From Nanobdellota archaeon (GTDB taxonomy: Archaea > Nanobdellota > Nanobdellia > Pacearchaeales > GW2011-AR1), in assembly GCA_038045705.1 (NCBI GenBank), contig JBBSXO010000005.1:1-64000 (forward strand): 64,000 bases of DNA, written 5' to 3'. The position numbers and the translations under genes were made by a program. How positions within the stretch are numbered: the stretch's first letter is position 1; every line of letters begins with the position of its first letter. A model generated the notes under the pieces. That model was given only the letters and a program-made list of their open reading frames with translations, was not told the DNA's origin and made no database searches. Shown piece by piece: positions 19,346 through 28,396 of the stretch.

Positions 19346-20493
19346 TGACTCACCGTAATACTCACAGATGTAATGTTTCCATTGCCTACAACTGGAATAA
19401 TTGCCGTTTGATTTATATTGTTAATAATCATTTCAGTTATCTTTTGACTAACAATTGAATTGATTATTTTCGTTTCATAAATACAACCATCAAAATAAGC
19501 ATTGTTTCCGCCATTATGCGAACTCCAGCCAGAACTCAAAGTCCTATTACTATTATAATTTTGATAAATAACATCTTCTCCAATTAAGATTCTTTCTACT
19601 AATTTTTTATCAACCCATAATTCAATATACCCATTGCCTTCTGCATCTGGAGAATAAATCGCAAGAGCTTCGTGTTCTTTACCAAAGAAATCTTGCGCTA
19701 TAGGATAATTCACAGAGTAAGAACTCCCATTAGCATCATTCATTCTACCAACCTGAAATCTTATCGAATCTTTAGACTGATAAATCTCCCAGTTATAATG
19801 TCCTACTATCTGTTGGTTATTTCCCAATAATGGACTTATAGAACTAGGCTTCCACTTAACATAAATGCTCATTGGACCAGATTCAAACATATCTTGTGAG
19901 TTTGGCAAAGAAAGAGTCTGTTCTTCATATGCATTGAAATGCACACATTGTTGTTCATTGTCATAACTTGCAGTGCCTTCCAAATCTTCTGGAATGCTTT
20001 GAGTGAAATCCCAATTATAGACCCAATCAATTTCAGAAATATTTATTGGAGTTGCTAAATAAATTCCTTCTCCATCTAAAACTACATCAACTGTTGCATC
20101 TTTCAAAACTATGTTAGGGTCAAGAACTAAATTAACTTGTCCTTGTACTCCTTCAGGTAATGACAATAGTTTCCTGCCTTGAGGGGTTGTCAAATAAATT
20201 TCATTTGAAAGAGGAGAAATAATTCCTTCTTCATCTATTGTTAAAGTATAAGTCTCTTCATAACCAAAAGGCAAATAATTAATGTAAAGTGCATAACCCA
20301 AAAGAGCAACGGGAATTGCAAATGCTAAAAATATTAGAAATTTAGATAATGCAGAAGATGTTTGAGGCTCATGAGGTAAATGGCTAGTATGATGCACTGG
20401 CTTAGAAACTTGAGGAGCTTGTCCTTGTTTAGCTTTCCAAGTTTTCAAGCTGTTTTCCCAATCTTCCTGTCTTTTTCTAGCATGGTCATTCAT
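19342..20493 (-). CDS. Membrane-anchored LamG/concanavalin A-like domain protein
   Basis: N-terminal TM; 'MSIYVKWKP', 'IELWVD', 'YFDGCIYE'. Confidence 0.7.
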   Translation of the reverse strand: MNDHARKRQEDWENSLKTWKAKQGQAPQVSKPVHHTSHLPHEPQTSSALSKFLIFLAFAIPVALLGYALYINYLPFGYEETYTLTIDEEGIISPLSNEIYLTTPQGRKLLSLPEGVQGQVNLVLDPNIVLKDATVDVVLDGEGIYLATPINISEIDWVYNWDFTQSIPEDLEGTASYDNEQQCVHFNAYEEQTLSLPNSQDMFESGPMSIYVKWKPSSISPLLGNNQQIVGHYNWEIYQSKDSIRFQVGRMNDANGSSYSVNYPIAQDFFGKEHEALAIYSPDAEGNGYIELWVDKKLVERILIGEDVIYQNYNSNRTLSSGWSSHNGGNNAYFDGCIYETKIINSIVSQKITEMIINNINQTAIIPVVGNGNITSVSITVSQ

Positions 20494-20546
20494 TTTACAA
20501 ATATACGAGTAAAATATTTAGCGAATATATGTTTTTTAAGGCTTTG

Positions 20547-20880
20547 TATCAAAAAATCGATGCTCGATTTTTGGATGCTCACGATGTCACCACGTGCCTT
20601 AGCAGGTTTTCAAGAGACATCGAGACATAATGAAGATTTCTGTTTAAGATGTTAAAAACATATCAAAAAATCGATGCGATTGGTGCTCGATTCATCAAAA
20701 ACATACTCGTTTTTGAATGTCATCGCAATATCGGTGCATTGCGAGATTTGGATGCAAGTAAATTCTTCTTGATGAGAATTTACTGCACAGAAGTTTGTCT
20801 TTGTGAATAAACTTCTTGTGATCGAAGTTTCGAACACAACCTAAAAGGTGTGGTTTGTGCGAGAAACTATCGACATAACA
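20547..20880. repeat. Intergenic array of hairpins plus dispersed-repeat copies
   Basis: Hairpins at 20552-20572, 20695-20716, 20723-20744, 20757-20784 and 20789-20816; direct repeat TATCAAAAAATCGATGC at 20547 and 20661. Confidence 0.7.
20605..20630 (+). repeat. Dispersed repeat A, copy 1
   Basis: GGTTTTCAAGAGACATCGAGACATAA, nearly identical to 24704-24732 and to the reverse complement of 41671-41698. Confidence 0.8.
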
Positions 20881-20912
20881 ATATTTAAAAATAAGTTCAA
20901 CCCCATTCTAAC

Positions 20913-21140
20913 ATGGCAGAATGGCAGTCTCGTATAGATGTGGATCCAAATATCTTAGTAGGTAAACCAATAATTAGAGGAACACGTCTTAGCGTATATT
21001 TTATTCTTGAACTATTAGCACAAGGCTGGACCATAGATAAAATTCTTAGAAATTACCCACAGCTCAAAAAAGAAGATATTAAAGCTGCATTGGAATATTC
21101 AGCGCATGCTCTAAAACTTGAGTCTGTGTATTCAATATAA
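20913..21140 (+). CDS. DUF433 family antitoxin
   Basis: 'RIDVDPNILVGKPIIRGTRLSV', 'YPQLKKEDIKAALEY'. Confidence 0.9.
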   Translation: MAEWQSRIDVDPNILVGKPIIRGTRLSVYFILELLAQGWTIDKILRNYPQLKKEDIKAALEYSAHALKLESVYSI

Positions 21141-21142
21141 TT

Positions 21143-21490
21143 ATGAAATTTATAGCAGACGAAAATATACCTTTAGAAGTAGTTGAGATTTTAAAGCGGA
21201 AAGGAATTGATATCATCTCCCTTAGTCTAAAAGACCCAGGCATGAAAGATTATGACGTTCTTAATTTATCCATAGAAGAACAGAGAACATTAATTACATT
21301 TGATAGAGATTTTAGCAAACTTATCTTTAAATTAAAGAAACCTAATTATGGAGTCATATTTCTAAGAATGCACCCTCAATCTACAGAACATATTGTTAAA
21401 TTATTAGAAAAATTATTTAATATGGAGATCCCCTTTGAAGAATCATTTTGTATAGTGACTTTGGATAGAGTAAGAGTTATTCCAATATAA
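21143..21490 (+). CDS. DUF5615 family PIN-like toxin
   Basis: 'KFIADENIP', 'D..VL', 'LITFDRDF'. Confidence 0.88.
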   Translation: MKFIADENIPLEVVEILKRKGIDIISLSLKDPGMKDYDVLNLSIEEQRTLITFDRDFSKLIFKLKKPNYGVIFLRMHPQSTEHIVKLLEKLFNMEIPFEESFCIVTLDRVRVIPI

Positions 21491-21534
21491 ATAATGCCTG
21501 TTGAATTTTGAAAGGAGTTAATTATTTTCAACTC

Positions 21535-21804
21535 TCATTGTCTTGCTAATGCAAGTGCCTTATTAAGATCTTCTTTAGTTAAGTTATTTTTCTTTGCGTG
21601 ATCTCTAGTTTTTTTAATTATTTCTTGAAATTCTTCTCTTGTTGGAGGTTCAAGTCTCTTTAACATAAGAGTTCCATTTTGTTCAACCACCATAAATTTT
21701 TCTCCCTTCTTTAGTCTAAGGTTCTCTCTAAATATCAAAGGTATAACTATCTGTCCGCGTTCTCCAAGTCTTGTTACTTCAAATTCCATTTTAAATTCAA
21801 TCAT
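21535..21804 (-). CDS. AbrB/MazE family antitoxin (orphan)
   Basis: 'TRLGERGQIVIPLIFRENLRLKKGEKF'. Confidence 0.82.
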   Translation of the reverse strand: MIEFKMEFEVTRLGERGQIVIPLIFRENLRLKKGEKFMVVEQNGTLMLKRLEPPTREEFQEIIKKTRDHAKKNNLTKEDLNKALALARQ

Positions 21805-21885
21805 ACTAGTATGATTATCCTATTTAAACTTTTCTCTTCATTCAAATAAACCAAGTTTTAATTAACCAATTATCTAATAAATTTA

Positions 21886-23277
21886 ATGAATTTCAGTAAG
21901 CTTTACAAAAACAAACTATTAATTGCCTTAGCTCTTATTCTAATTTATGCTTTAATCCTAAGAGTTTACGCCTTAGGCTCAAGTCCATTATGGTTTGATG
22001 AGACAATCTCAAGTCTCGCAAGTCAAAAAATAGCAGAAAAAGGTTTTCCTATTTTTGATTCTGGCTTTTTCTATTCAAGAGCTTTAGTCTTTCATTATTT
22101 ACAGGCTTTCTTTATTTTATTATTTGGTTCAACTGACTTTGTAGTAAGATTAGCCTCTGTTCTTTTTGGGTTAGGAACAGTAGTTCTAGCTTTTTTCATA
22201 TGTAAAGAATTCAATAAACCTGCAGGAATAATTGCAGCATTACTTACCTGTTTTCTTTTCCTTGAAGTAGTTTATTCTCGCCAAGCTAGATTTTATCAGG
22301 CTTTTCAGTTCTTGTTTTTCCTAACACTTTTCTTTTTATATAAATCGAAAACTAGCAAGAAGTATGCTTGGCTTGCTTCTGTATCTTTGATAGTTTTAGT
22401 TCAAACACAAATAGCTGGTCTTGTTCTTGTGCCTTTCTTTATTTGGATATTCATCAGAGAGCATAAAGACTGGAAGTTATTCATTATTCCACTATTAGTT
22501 GGAATTTACTTTGGTTTATCTTTTCTAAGTATAGGTACAACATCCACAGGTAGTGTTTATGCAGAAGAGTACACTTCTCAGATCTTTAATGGACTACGAG
22601 CATTTGCCCTTATTTCTCTACTTGGGATGCCATTTGCCTATAAAATGAATAAAAGAATGTTCTATCTTATGTTATTGCCTTCACTAATAATGTTTGTAGG
22701 ATTATTCTTTGTCAAGGTTTTTGCTTTGCGTTATGCCTACTTTGTAACTTTATCAATAATATTTTTTATTGCAGTAACTTTCTCATATCTCTATCAAAAT
22801 AATAAGATCATTGGGATAGCCATACTCACTCTTGCCATAATTTATCCTTCTAATATTTTCTTTAGTGATAATTATCTGACTGTTGTTAAGCCTCAAGCAA
22901 TAAACTCTTATTCTACAACAGAACCAGTAATAGATTACAAATCTTTAAGTGAAAATACTAAAGATGTGATTAGAAACAACACTTTGGTTACTTTGTCAAG
23001 TCCAGGTGTAGAATGGTATCTTAAGAAACCAGATTATATTATCCCATTTTCATTAAACGGTTTAGAAAGTGGATATGCTTTATACAATGGAGTTGATGTA
23101 TACACAGGAGCAGAAATCTGGAATAATCAAACTAATTTTATTTTCCTAGAAGATTTATTCGCCTATTCTAAGCTAGGCCCAACCCAAATAGAAAATCTAA
23201 ATCAAATGAAAAATAATTGTAGTCTAATAGAACAATTACGAACGCTAAGAGCTTATTCTTGTAAAAAAATACAATAA
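21886..23277 (+). CDS. GT-C fold (PMT/ArnT-like) membrane glycosyltransferase
   Basis: 'LRVYALGSSPLWFDE', 'RLASVLFG', 'YSRQARFY'. Confidence 0.82.
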   Translation: MNFSKLYKNKLLIALALILIYALILRVYALGSSPLWFDETISSLASQKIAEKGFPIFDSGFFYSRALVFHYLQAFFILLFGSTDFVVRLASVLFGLGTVVLAFFICKEFNKPAGIIAALLTCFLFLEVVYSRQARFYQAFQFLFFLTLFFLYKSKTSKKYAWLASVSLIVLVQTQIAGLVLVPFFIWIFIREHKDWKLFIIPLLVGIYFGLSFLSIGTTSTGSVYAEEYTSQIFNGLRAFALISLLGMPFAYKMNKRMFYLMLLPSLIMFVGLFFVKVFALRYAYFVTLSIIFFIAVTFSYLYQNNKIIGIAILTLAIIYPSNIFFSDNYLTVVKPQAINSYSTTEPVIDYKSLSENTKDVIRNNTLVTLSSPGVEWYLKKPDYIIPFSLNGLESGYALYNGVDVYTGAEIWNNQTNFIFLEDLFAYSKLGPTQIENLNQMKNNCSLIEQLRTLRAYSCKKIQ

Positions 23278-23308
23278 TCTTTATAAATCAGATTTTTTCC
23301 AGATTTAA

Positions 23309-23914
23309 ATGATAAGAGGAAGTCTAAATGTCAGAGCAGTTCAGCAAAAAGATAGTCTTCAAGGATTTATCAGAATAAATCACTTTTATAGGGGAAATCA
23401 TAGAGTTAGTGGAATTTGCGGAGAATTTACAGCATCTCAAAGATTTCAAGAGATAGATTATGGAAATGGTCTAGATAAACTATTTTTTTACGGTGATGAA
23501 CGAGATTTAACAGCAAATTACAGAAACCAAGATAAAGCACGTTCGATTCAAAGAATATTTCATGTAATTTACAACCATAGAAATTCAGATGATGGTGGAC
23601 AAATTGAATTTGGAGAAATTCCTGCGACAAGACTTGATTTAACTAGAGAACAAACTGATCTTATAAGAGATATTCTAAACTATACTTCTTCTTTTCTAAG
23701 AAATTCAACAAAAGTAAAGTATGTAAAGATGCCAGAAGAAGGAAGTTCTTTAAGAGCTATTAGAAGTAGTCTAAGTAGGATGTTTCCTCCAGGTGTGCTT
23801 AAATTAGTAGAAGATGCTGGTGGTTATTGGGATTTAACAGAATCAATTAGACTAAACACCGATAAGTTTCCAGATTTTCCTAAAAGTCTAATTAAAGCAA
23901 ACAATATTTCATAA
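23309..23914 (+). CDS. Hypothetical protein
   Basis: 201 aa; TTTATAAA box upstream. Confidence 0.65.
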   Translation: MIRGSLNVRAVQQKDSLQGFIRINHFYRGNHRVSGICGEFTASQRFQEIDYGNGLDKLFFYGDERDLTANYRNQDKARSIQRIFHVIYNHRNSDDGGQIEFGEIPATRLDLTREQTDLIRDILNYTSSFLRNSTKVKYVKMPEEGSSLRAIRSSLSRMFPPGVLKLVEDAGGYWDLTESIRLNTDKFPDFPKSLIKANNIS

Positions 23915-23924
23915 ACAATCTATT

Positions 23925-24593
23925 TTATTTCATTTCTTGGCTAATAACTGCGCCATGAGTCACTGAATTCAGTTTATCATAGAAATCTATCTGTAGTCCA
24001 GATGGAATATTCATTACAACTTGCAAATCTCCATTTCCAAGCCATTCTTCGCTTTCCTTATAATCTTTAAGCATACCATAAACTTGAGCACTATATCTAG
24101 CAGGTATTGTCAATTTAACTTTCTTAGTCTCTACTTTAATCGGAATTACTGTTGCTAGTTTAGTAATCAATTCAGGCATCTGTTGTTCTGCAGGTCTATT
24201 ATCAAAATTAAAGTGCACTTCATGAATAGCTTTTCTTATGCGTTCATCAGTATAAGGTCTACCATGCTGATCTACAGCATTGCGTAAAATTAAATCAATT
24301 ACTTGCTTTATCCTCTTCTCGCGTTCAGCATCCCTAAATTCTTGATCTTTTTGAATTTCTCCTTTAGTCATTATTTTTTCAGCTATTGCATAAACATCAG
24401 ATGTATCAAAAGTAGCATCAAGTTCAGCCTTTGAAGCAACCATTCCTTTCTTTAAATCAGTATAAATAGCTGGAGAGTTCAAAGCAGTATTAACATTACC
24501 TTTTCCAGCTCTAACTTTAAGAGCCTCATCTAAATCAACAGATATTTCAAACTGTTTACCTTTTACCTTAATGCGTGCTTCGACGTTTGCCAT
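23925..24593 (-). CDS. Ribosome maturation factor SBDS/Sdo1
   Basis: 'ARIKVKGKQFEI', 'IYTDLKKG', 'KGEIQ', 'EEWLGNG', 'LNSVTHG'. Confidence 0.9.
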   Translation of the reverse strand: MANVEARIKVKGKQFEISVDLDEALKVRAGKGNVNTALNSPAIYTDLKKGMVASKAELDATFDTSDVYAIAEKIMTKGEIQKDQEFRDAEREKRIKQVIDLILRNAVDQHGRPYTDERIRKAIHEVHFNFDNRPAEQQMPELITKLATVIPIKVETKKVKLTIPARYSAQVYGMLKDYKESEEWLGNGDLQVVMNIPSGLQIDFYDKLNSVTHGAVISQEMK

Positions 24594-24703
24594 AATCGGT
24601 AGGGTTTTATAGATTATTTAAAGATTTAGTTAAAATGTTTTCTAAGTTGACCTATAACTAATATCAATATGATTCATCACCTAAGGCAAATATCAAAAAT
24701 GGC

Positions 24704-24732
24704 GTGGTTTTCAGGAGACATCGAGACATAAC
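24704..24732 (+). repeat. Dispersed repeat A, copy 2
   Basis: GTGGTTTTCAGGAGACATCGAGACATAAC, directly upstream of the TATA box of the MNT-HEPN pair. Confidence 0.8.
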
Positions 24733-24747
24733 AAAGTTTAAATATTA

Positions 24748-24787
24748 ATGTTAAATATAATTGACATATGTTAAATATAATTGACAA
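24748..24787 (+). promoter_or_regulatory. Tandem palindromic operator spanning the MNT start codon
   Basis: ATGTTAAATATAATTGACA(T/A) twice in tandem; the second copy begins at the ATG. Confidence 0.65.
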
Positions 24788-25277
24788 TCTAGAACTATTT
24801 TTTGAAGATTGTTATAGGAGGATCAATGTTCGAGAATATGCTAGATTAATGAAAATTTCACCTCCGACCGCATCAAAGATACTTTCTGAACTCAATAGTC
24901 AAGGATTACTATCAATGGAGAAAGATAGAAACTACATTTTTTATTATGCTAATAGAATTGATAAAACATTCATAGATTTATCTAGGATTTATTGGAAAAT
25001 TAAGCTGAATAGCTTTATTAATTATTTTGATAAACATTTTACAAACTATTCAATGATTCTTTTTGGATCTTTGTCTAAAGCTGAAGCAAAGAAAGATTCA
25101 GATATAGATGTATGCATAATTGGACATAGTAAAGAAGTTGATATTAGGAATTTTGAAATTAAGTTGAATAGAAAAATACAATTGTTCTTCTTTAGTTCAT
25201 TAGAAAGCATAAAAAATAAAGAATTGGCAAACAACATAATAAATGGGTATATCTTACAAGGGAAATTGAAATTATAA
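24768..25277 (+). CDS. wHTH plus MNT antitoxin
   Basis: 'NVREYARLMKISPPTASK'; 'LFGSLSKAEAKKDSDID'. Confidence 0.85.
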   Translation: MLNIIDNLELFFEDCYRRINVREYARLMKISPPTASKILSELNSQGLLSMEKDRNYIFYYANRIDKTFIDLSRIYWKIKLNSFINYFDKHFTNYSMILFGSLSKAEAKKDSDIDVCIIGHSKEVDIRNFEIKLNRKIQLFFFSSLESIKNKELANNIINGYILQGKLKL

Positions 25278-25684
25278 TGGATTTTAATGAGTGTCTCAAA
25301 AAGAGAATAGCTAAGAAAGTAGGCGAAGATAAAGAGCTTATTATTTCCCTTTTAAAAACAAGCCAGAATAAACTTAATTCTCAAAGGAAACTTGAACTAA
25401 ATGAAGTAACTTCAAGCTCTAAGATATCCCTTTTGTATGATTCATTAAGAGAAATTTTAGAGGCTTTAGCCATTAAAAATGGATACAAAATATATAATCA
25501 TGAATGTTATACTCATTTTCTAAAAGAAATCTTAAATGAGAGCATTGATGGAGATGAATTTGATGAGTTGAGAAAGATAAGGAATGGTATAAATTATTAT
25601 GCTAAAGATACTTCTACTGAAGAAGCAAAAGAAGTTTTAGAAAGAATACAGAAACTTAGAGAGAAAATCTTGAAGTTAATTTAA
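25277..25684 (+). CDS. HEPN domain protein
   Basis: 'YDSLRE', 'GYKIYNHEC', 'LRKIRNGINYY'. Confidence 0.8.
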   Translation: MDFNECLKKRIAKKVGEDKELIISLLKTSQNKLNSQRKLELNEVTSSSKISLLYDSLREILEALAIKNGYKIYNHECYTHFLKEILNESIDGDEFDELRKIRNGINYYAKDTSTEEAKEVLERIQKLREKILKLI

Positions 25685-25687
25685 CTA

Positions 25688-26290
25688 TTAAAATCGTTCC
25701 ATATTTTCATATTCTTCTCTTATCTTGTCTGTCGTTCTTTTTATTACCATGAGGACTGCCTTATCGGCTGTATCACCTTCATAGTCAGTTTCTCTTGCTA
25801 TATCATTCAATTTTCTCCCTTCAATAAATCGCATATTTAATATTTTTCTTTTTTTAGGCGATAGTCTGGAAATAATCTGTAATATTTTTGATAATCTAAC
25901 ACTGTCATCTTCTTCCTGGATATATTTTGATAATCCAGAATCATCTTCTAACTCTCGCATTTGATTTGATTTTTCTTTAAAAGAATCTCCATCTTGATCT
26001 GTTTCTTGGCAGAAGCTACTTAATGTACTTTCTTTTTTTCTACGTCTATAATTTCTCTTAAAGCATCTTCCTAAATGTCTTAAAACGCAAACCCTCACAT
26101 ATCCTGGAAAAGAATCAATTCTTTTTAGGTCATATCTACCTGCAACCCTCCAAAATTTTTCCAAAGCATCAGCTCTCATTTCTTCTGAATCATAGATAAA
26201 TTCCAGAGGTCTTCTATTTCTTCTAAATTCATCAATTATTCTATCCACTTCAAAGAGATTTTCTCTAAAGAGAGTCAAGTCATCTGTCAT
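25688..26290 (-). CDS. Sigma-70-like protein (regions 2 and 4)
   Basis: 'DSEEMRADALEKFWRVAGRYDLKRIDSFPGYV' resembles region 2; 'LSPKKRKILNMRFIEGRKLNDIARE' resembles region 4. Confidence 0.7.
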   Translation of the reverse strand: MTDDLTLFRENLFEVDRIIDEFRRNRRPLEFIYDSEEMRADALEKFWRVAGRYDLKRIDSFPGYVRVCVLRHLGRCFKRNYRRRKKESTLSSFCQETDQDGDSFKEKSNQMRELEDDSGLSKYIQEEDDSVRLSKILQIISRLSPKKRKILNMRFIEGRKLNDIARETDYEGDTADKAVLMVIKRTTDKIREEYENMERF

Positions 26291-26320
26291 TCAATTTTCA
26301 GAAATAATTAGTTTTTAAAA

Positions 26321-27046
26321 TTACTTAATATACTTACGTAGTTCTTCACCATGTAATTTAACAAGTCTTCCTTCTTTAAGAGCAATCATCCCCACATCAA
26401 ATCTTGAAATTTCAAAATTTTTACCAAGAATCTCTTTAAATATTTTCATCACAAACTTGATTCCCTCTTCCATACTCATGCTTTCACTTATGCCCTTACG
26501 TAATTCTTCCTTTACTTGTTCATCATTCTCTCCGATAGAGTTAGCCTTGTAAGCAAAGAAGTTTCCAGTAATGTCTGATGTATACAAATGAGGCCTTCCT
26601 TTTGAAACACCAGCAATCATTATTGAAACACCATAAGGCCTAGAACCGCCATATTGAGTATATGCTTGTTTATTATCTGCAATCATTTGAATGACACTTA
26701 TAGGATCAATAGGTGTTCCGTAAGAAACTCTGTGTTGTTGCGCTAATAATCTAGATCTATCAATAAGAACCCTAGCATCAGAAGCAATTCCAGCAGCAGT
26801 AGCCATTACATGGTCATCAACTTCAAAAACCTTAACAGCAGATTCAGGAGCAATTAAATTATCTCTAATTCTCTTATCAGCAACAATTATTACACCATCT
26901 TTACATATAATTCCTACACTATTGCTTCCAAGTTTAACAGTTTTTTCAGCATATTCAACTTGAAGCAAATGTCCTTCAGGTGAGAACATTGTCGCAGCTC
27001 TGTCGTAACCCATTGCTTGATGTTGCATTTCTGTAGGCATATCCAT
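26321..27046 (-). CDS. psmA: Proteasome alpha subunit
   Basis: 'GYDRAATMFSPEGHLLQVEYA', 'YTQYGGSRPYGVS'. Confidence 0.95.
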   Translation of the reverse strand: MDMPTEMQHQAMGYDRAATMFSPEGHLLQVEYAEKTVKLGSNSVGIICKDGVIIVADKRIRDNLIAPESAVKVFEVDDHVMATAAGIASDARVLIDRSRLLAQQHRVSYGTPIDPISVIQMIADNKQAYTQYGGSRPYGVSIMIAGVSKGRPHLYTSDITGNFFAYKANSIGENDEQVKEELRKGISESMSMEEGIKFVMKIFKEILGKNFEISRFDVGMIALKEGRLVKLHGEELRKYIK

Positions 27047-27228
27047 TTTATTGTGTTTCTCCAAGGTTATATAAAATGGTTGCTAGAAAATAAACTTCCA
27101 TTTTCTTTATATCCATTTTATTAGTAAAAACCTCTTAGATTTACTAATCTGCAGATATATGTCTATTTAAAATTTGCTATTTCTCTAAGGATTCTTTTCT
27201 CTTTCAAATAAAAATTATCTCCCAAAAT

Positions 27229-27498
27229 CTACTTTGAAAGTCCTTTCAAAGTCCCAGAAATTCTCAAAACAGTCAATTCATCTTTTGCAAGAGCAAATGC
27301 AGCCTTAATTTGATTAAGTGATTTTCTATTAACTGCAAGAATAACTTCATTTGAAACTTCGGAAACAAAAACGGGAGAAGCTTCAGCCCATCCTAAAACT
27401 CCTATAAATTCAAGAATCGCTTTTTCAACTGAACTCCTAAGTCCTCTAATAAGAAGATATCTTTTATTATCTCTTGCAGAAGGTTTTAGCTTAAGCAT
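27229..27498 (-). CDS. rnp2: RNase P protein Pop5/Rpp14 family (short)
   Basis: 'LKPSARDNKRYL', 'ISGTLKGL'; canonical position upstream of psmA. Confidence 0.8.
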   Translation of the reverse strand: MLKLKPSARDNKRYLLIRGLRSSVEKAILEFIGVLGWAEASPVFVSEVSNEVILAVNRKSLNQIKAAFALAKDELTVLRISGTLKGLSK

Positions 27499-27499
27499 T

Positions 27500-28318
27500 T
27501 TATATTATGTCCACACCAACTATCTCATTAGTTTTAACTCTTAACATATTACTTTCAAGAGCAAAACCTAAACCTTCAGCTTCCCCAACTTTAAAATTAG
27601 CCATTCCTATTACTCGTCCATCTTTGTCAACTAAAGGCCCACCAGAATTTCCAGGGTTTAAAGTAACATCAGTCTGAATATAAGATTGTAAACCATTAGG
27701 GCCTTCTCTATCTAATGCAGAAACAATTCCTTCAGTTACTGTAAATGAAAGTCCTAGGGGATTTCCAATTGCAATTGCTTTTTGACCTATAGAAACAGAA
27801 TCAGAATCTGCAAGTTCAAAACTATTTATAGATCCAGAAATTCTCAAAACAGCCAAATCCGCCAAAACATCTGTTCCGACAATTTCGGCAACGTAAACTT
27901 CATCACTGTATGTTTGAACTTGTATAACTGCACTTCCCTCAATAACGTGATTGTTAGTTAAGATGTAGCTCCCATCAGAAACGGCAAATCCAGTTCCAGC
28001 AGAAATATCTGTAGTAACAGTAACTACTTTTTTTAATGCTTCTTCAACAACAGCAGACAAGTCCTGTTGTGTAGACTTTAGTAAATCTATTTGAGTTTCA
28101 AAATCACTTCTTTGTTGAGATATTGTTCTAACAATCTCTCCTATTCTATATTGGTTCTCTTGTCTTACACTACCCAAAAATCCTTTGATTTCTTCTTCAA
28201 AGTTATTTTGTTGAGCAATCAATTTAGCGGACTGTGAGCTAATAAATGTAAATGATACTAATTGAACAACAAGAAGCAAAATCACAGCCCCATATAAAAC
28301 ATTGATGTGGTGTTCCAT
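27500..28318 (-). CDS. Membrane-anchored HtrA-like trypsin serine protease, no PDZ domain
   Basis: TNNHV, DLAVL, IQTD..LNPGNSGGP; N-terminal TM and coiled coil. Confidence 0.9.
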   Translation of the reverse strand: MEHHINVLYGAVILLLVVQLVSFTFISSQSAKLIAQQNNFEEEIKGFLGSVRQENQYRIGEIVRTISQQRSDFETQIDLLKSTQQDLSAVVEEALKKVVTVTTDISAGTGFAVSDGSYILTNNHVIEGSAVIQVQTYSDEVYVAEIVGTDVLADLAVLRISGSINSFELADSDSVSIGQKAIAIGNPLGLSFTVTEGIVSALDREGPNGLQSYIQTDVTLNPGNSGGPLVDKDGRVIGMANFKVGEAEGLGFALESNMLRVKTNEIVGVDII

Positions 28319-28396
28319 AAAATAAAATTATCTCATATGTATTTATAGCTTTTCAATGTCAACAATATTTAATAAGGTAAAAGATTAATCTACGTA

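Noticed and set aside
20380-20837. ORFs 20380-20655 and 20652-20837
   Set aside because: They overlap a real gene antisense and the hairpin array; probably spurious
20547-20880. CRISPR array
   Set aside because: No regularly spaced identical repeats with unique spacers, and no cas genes in the window
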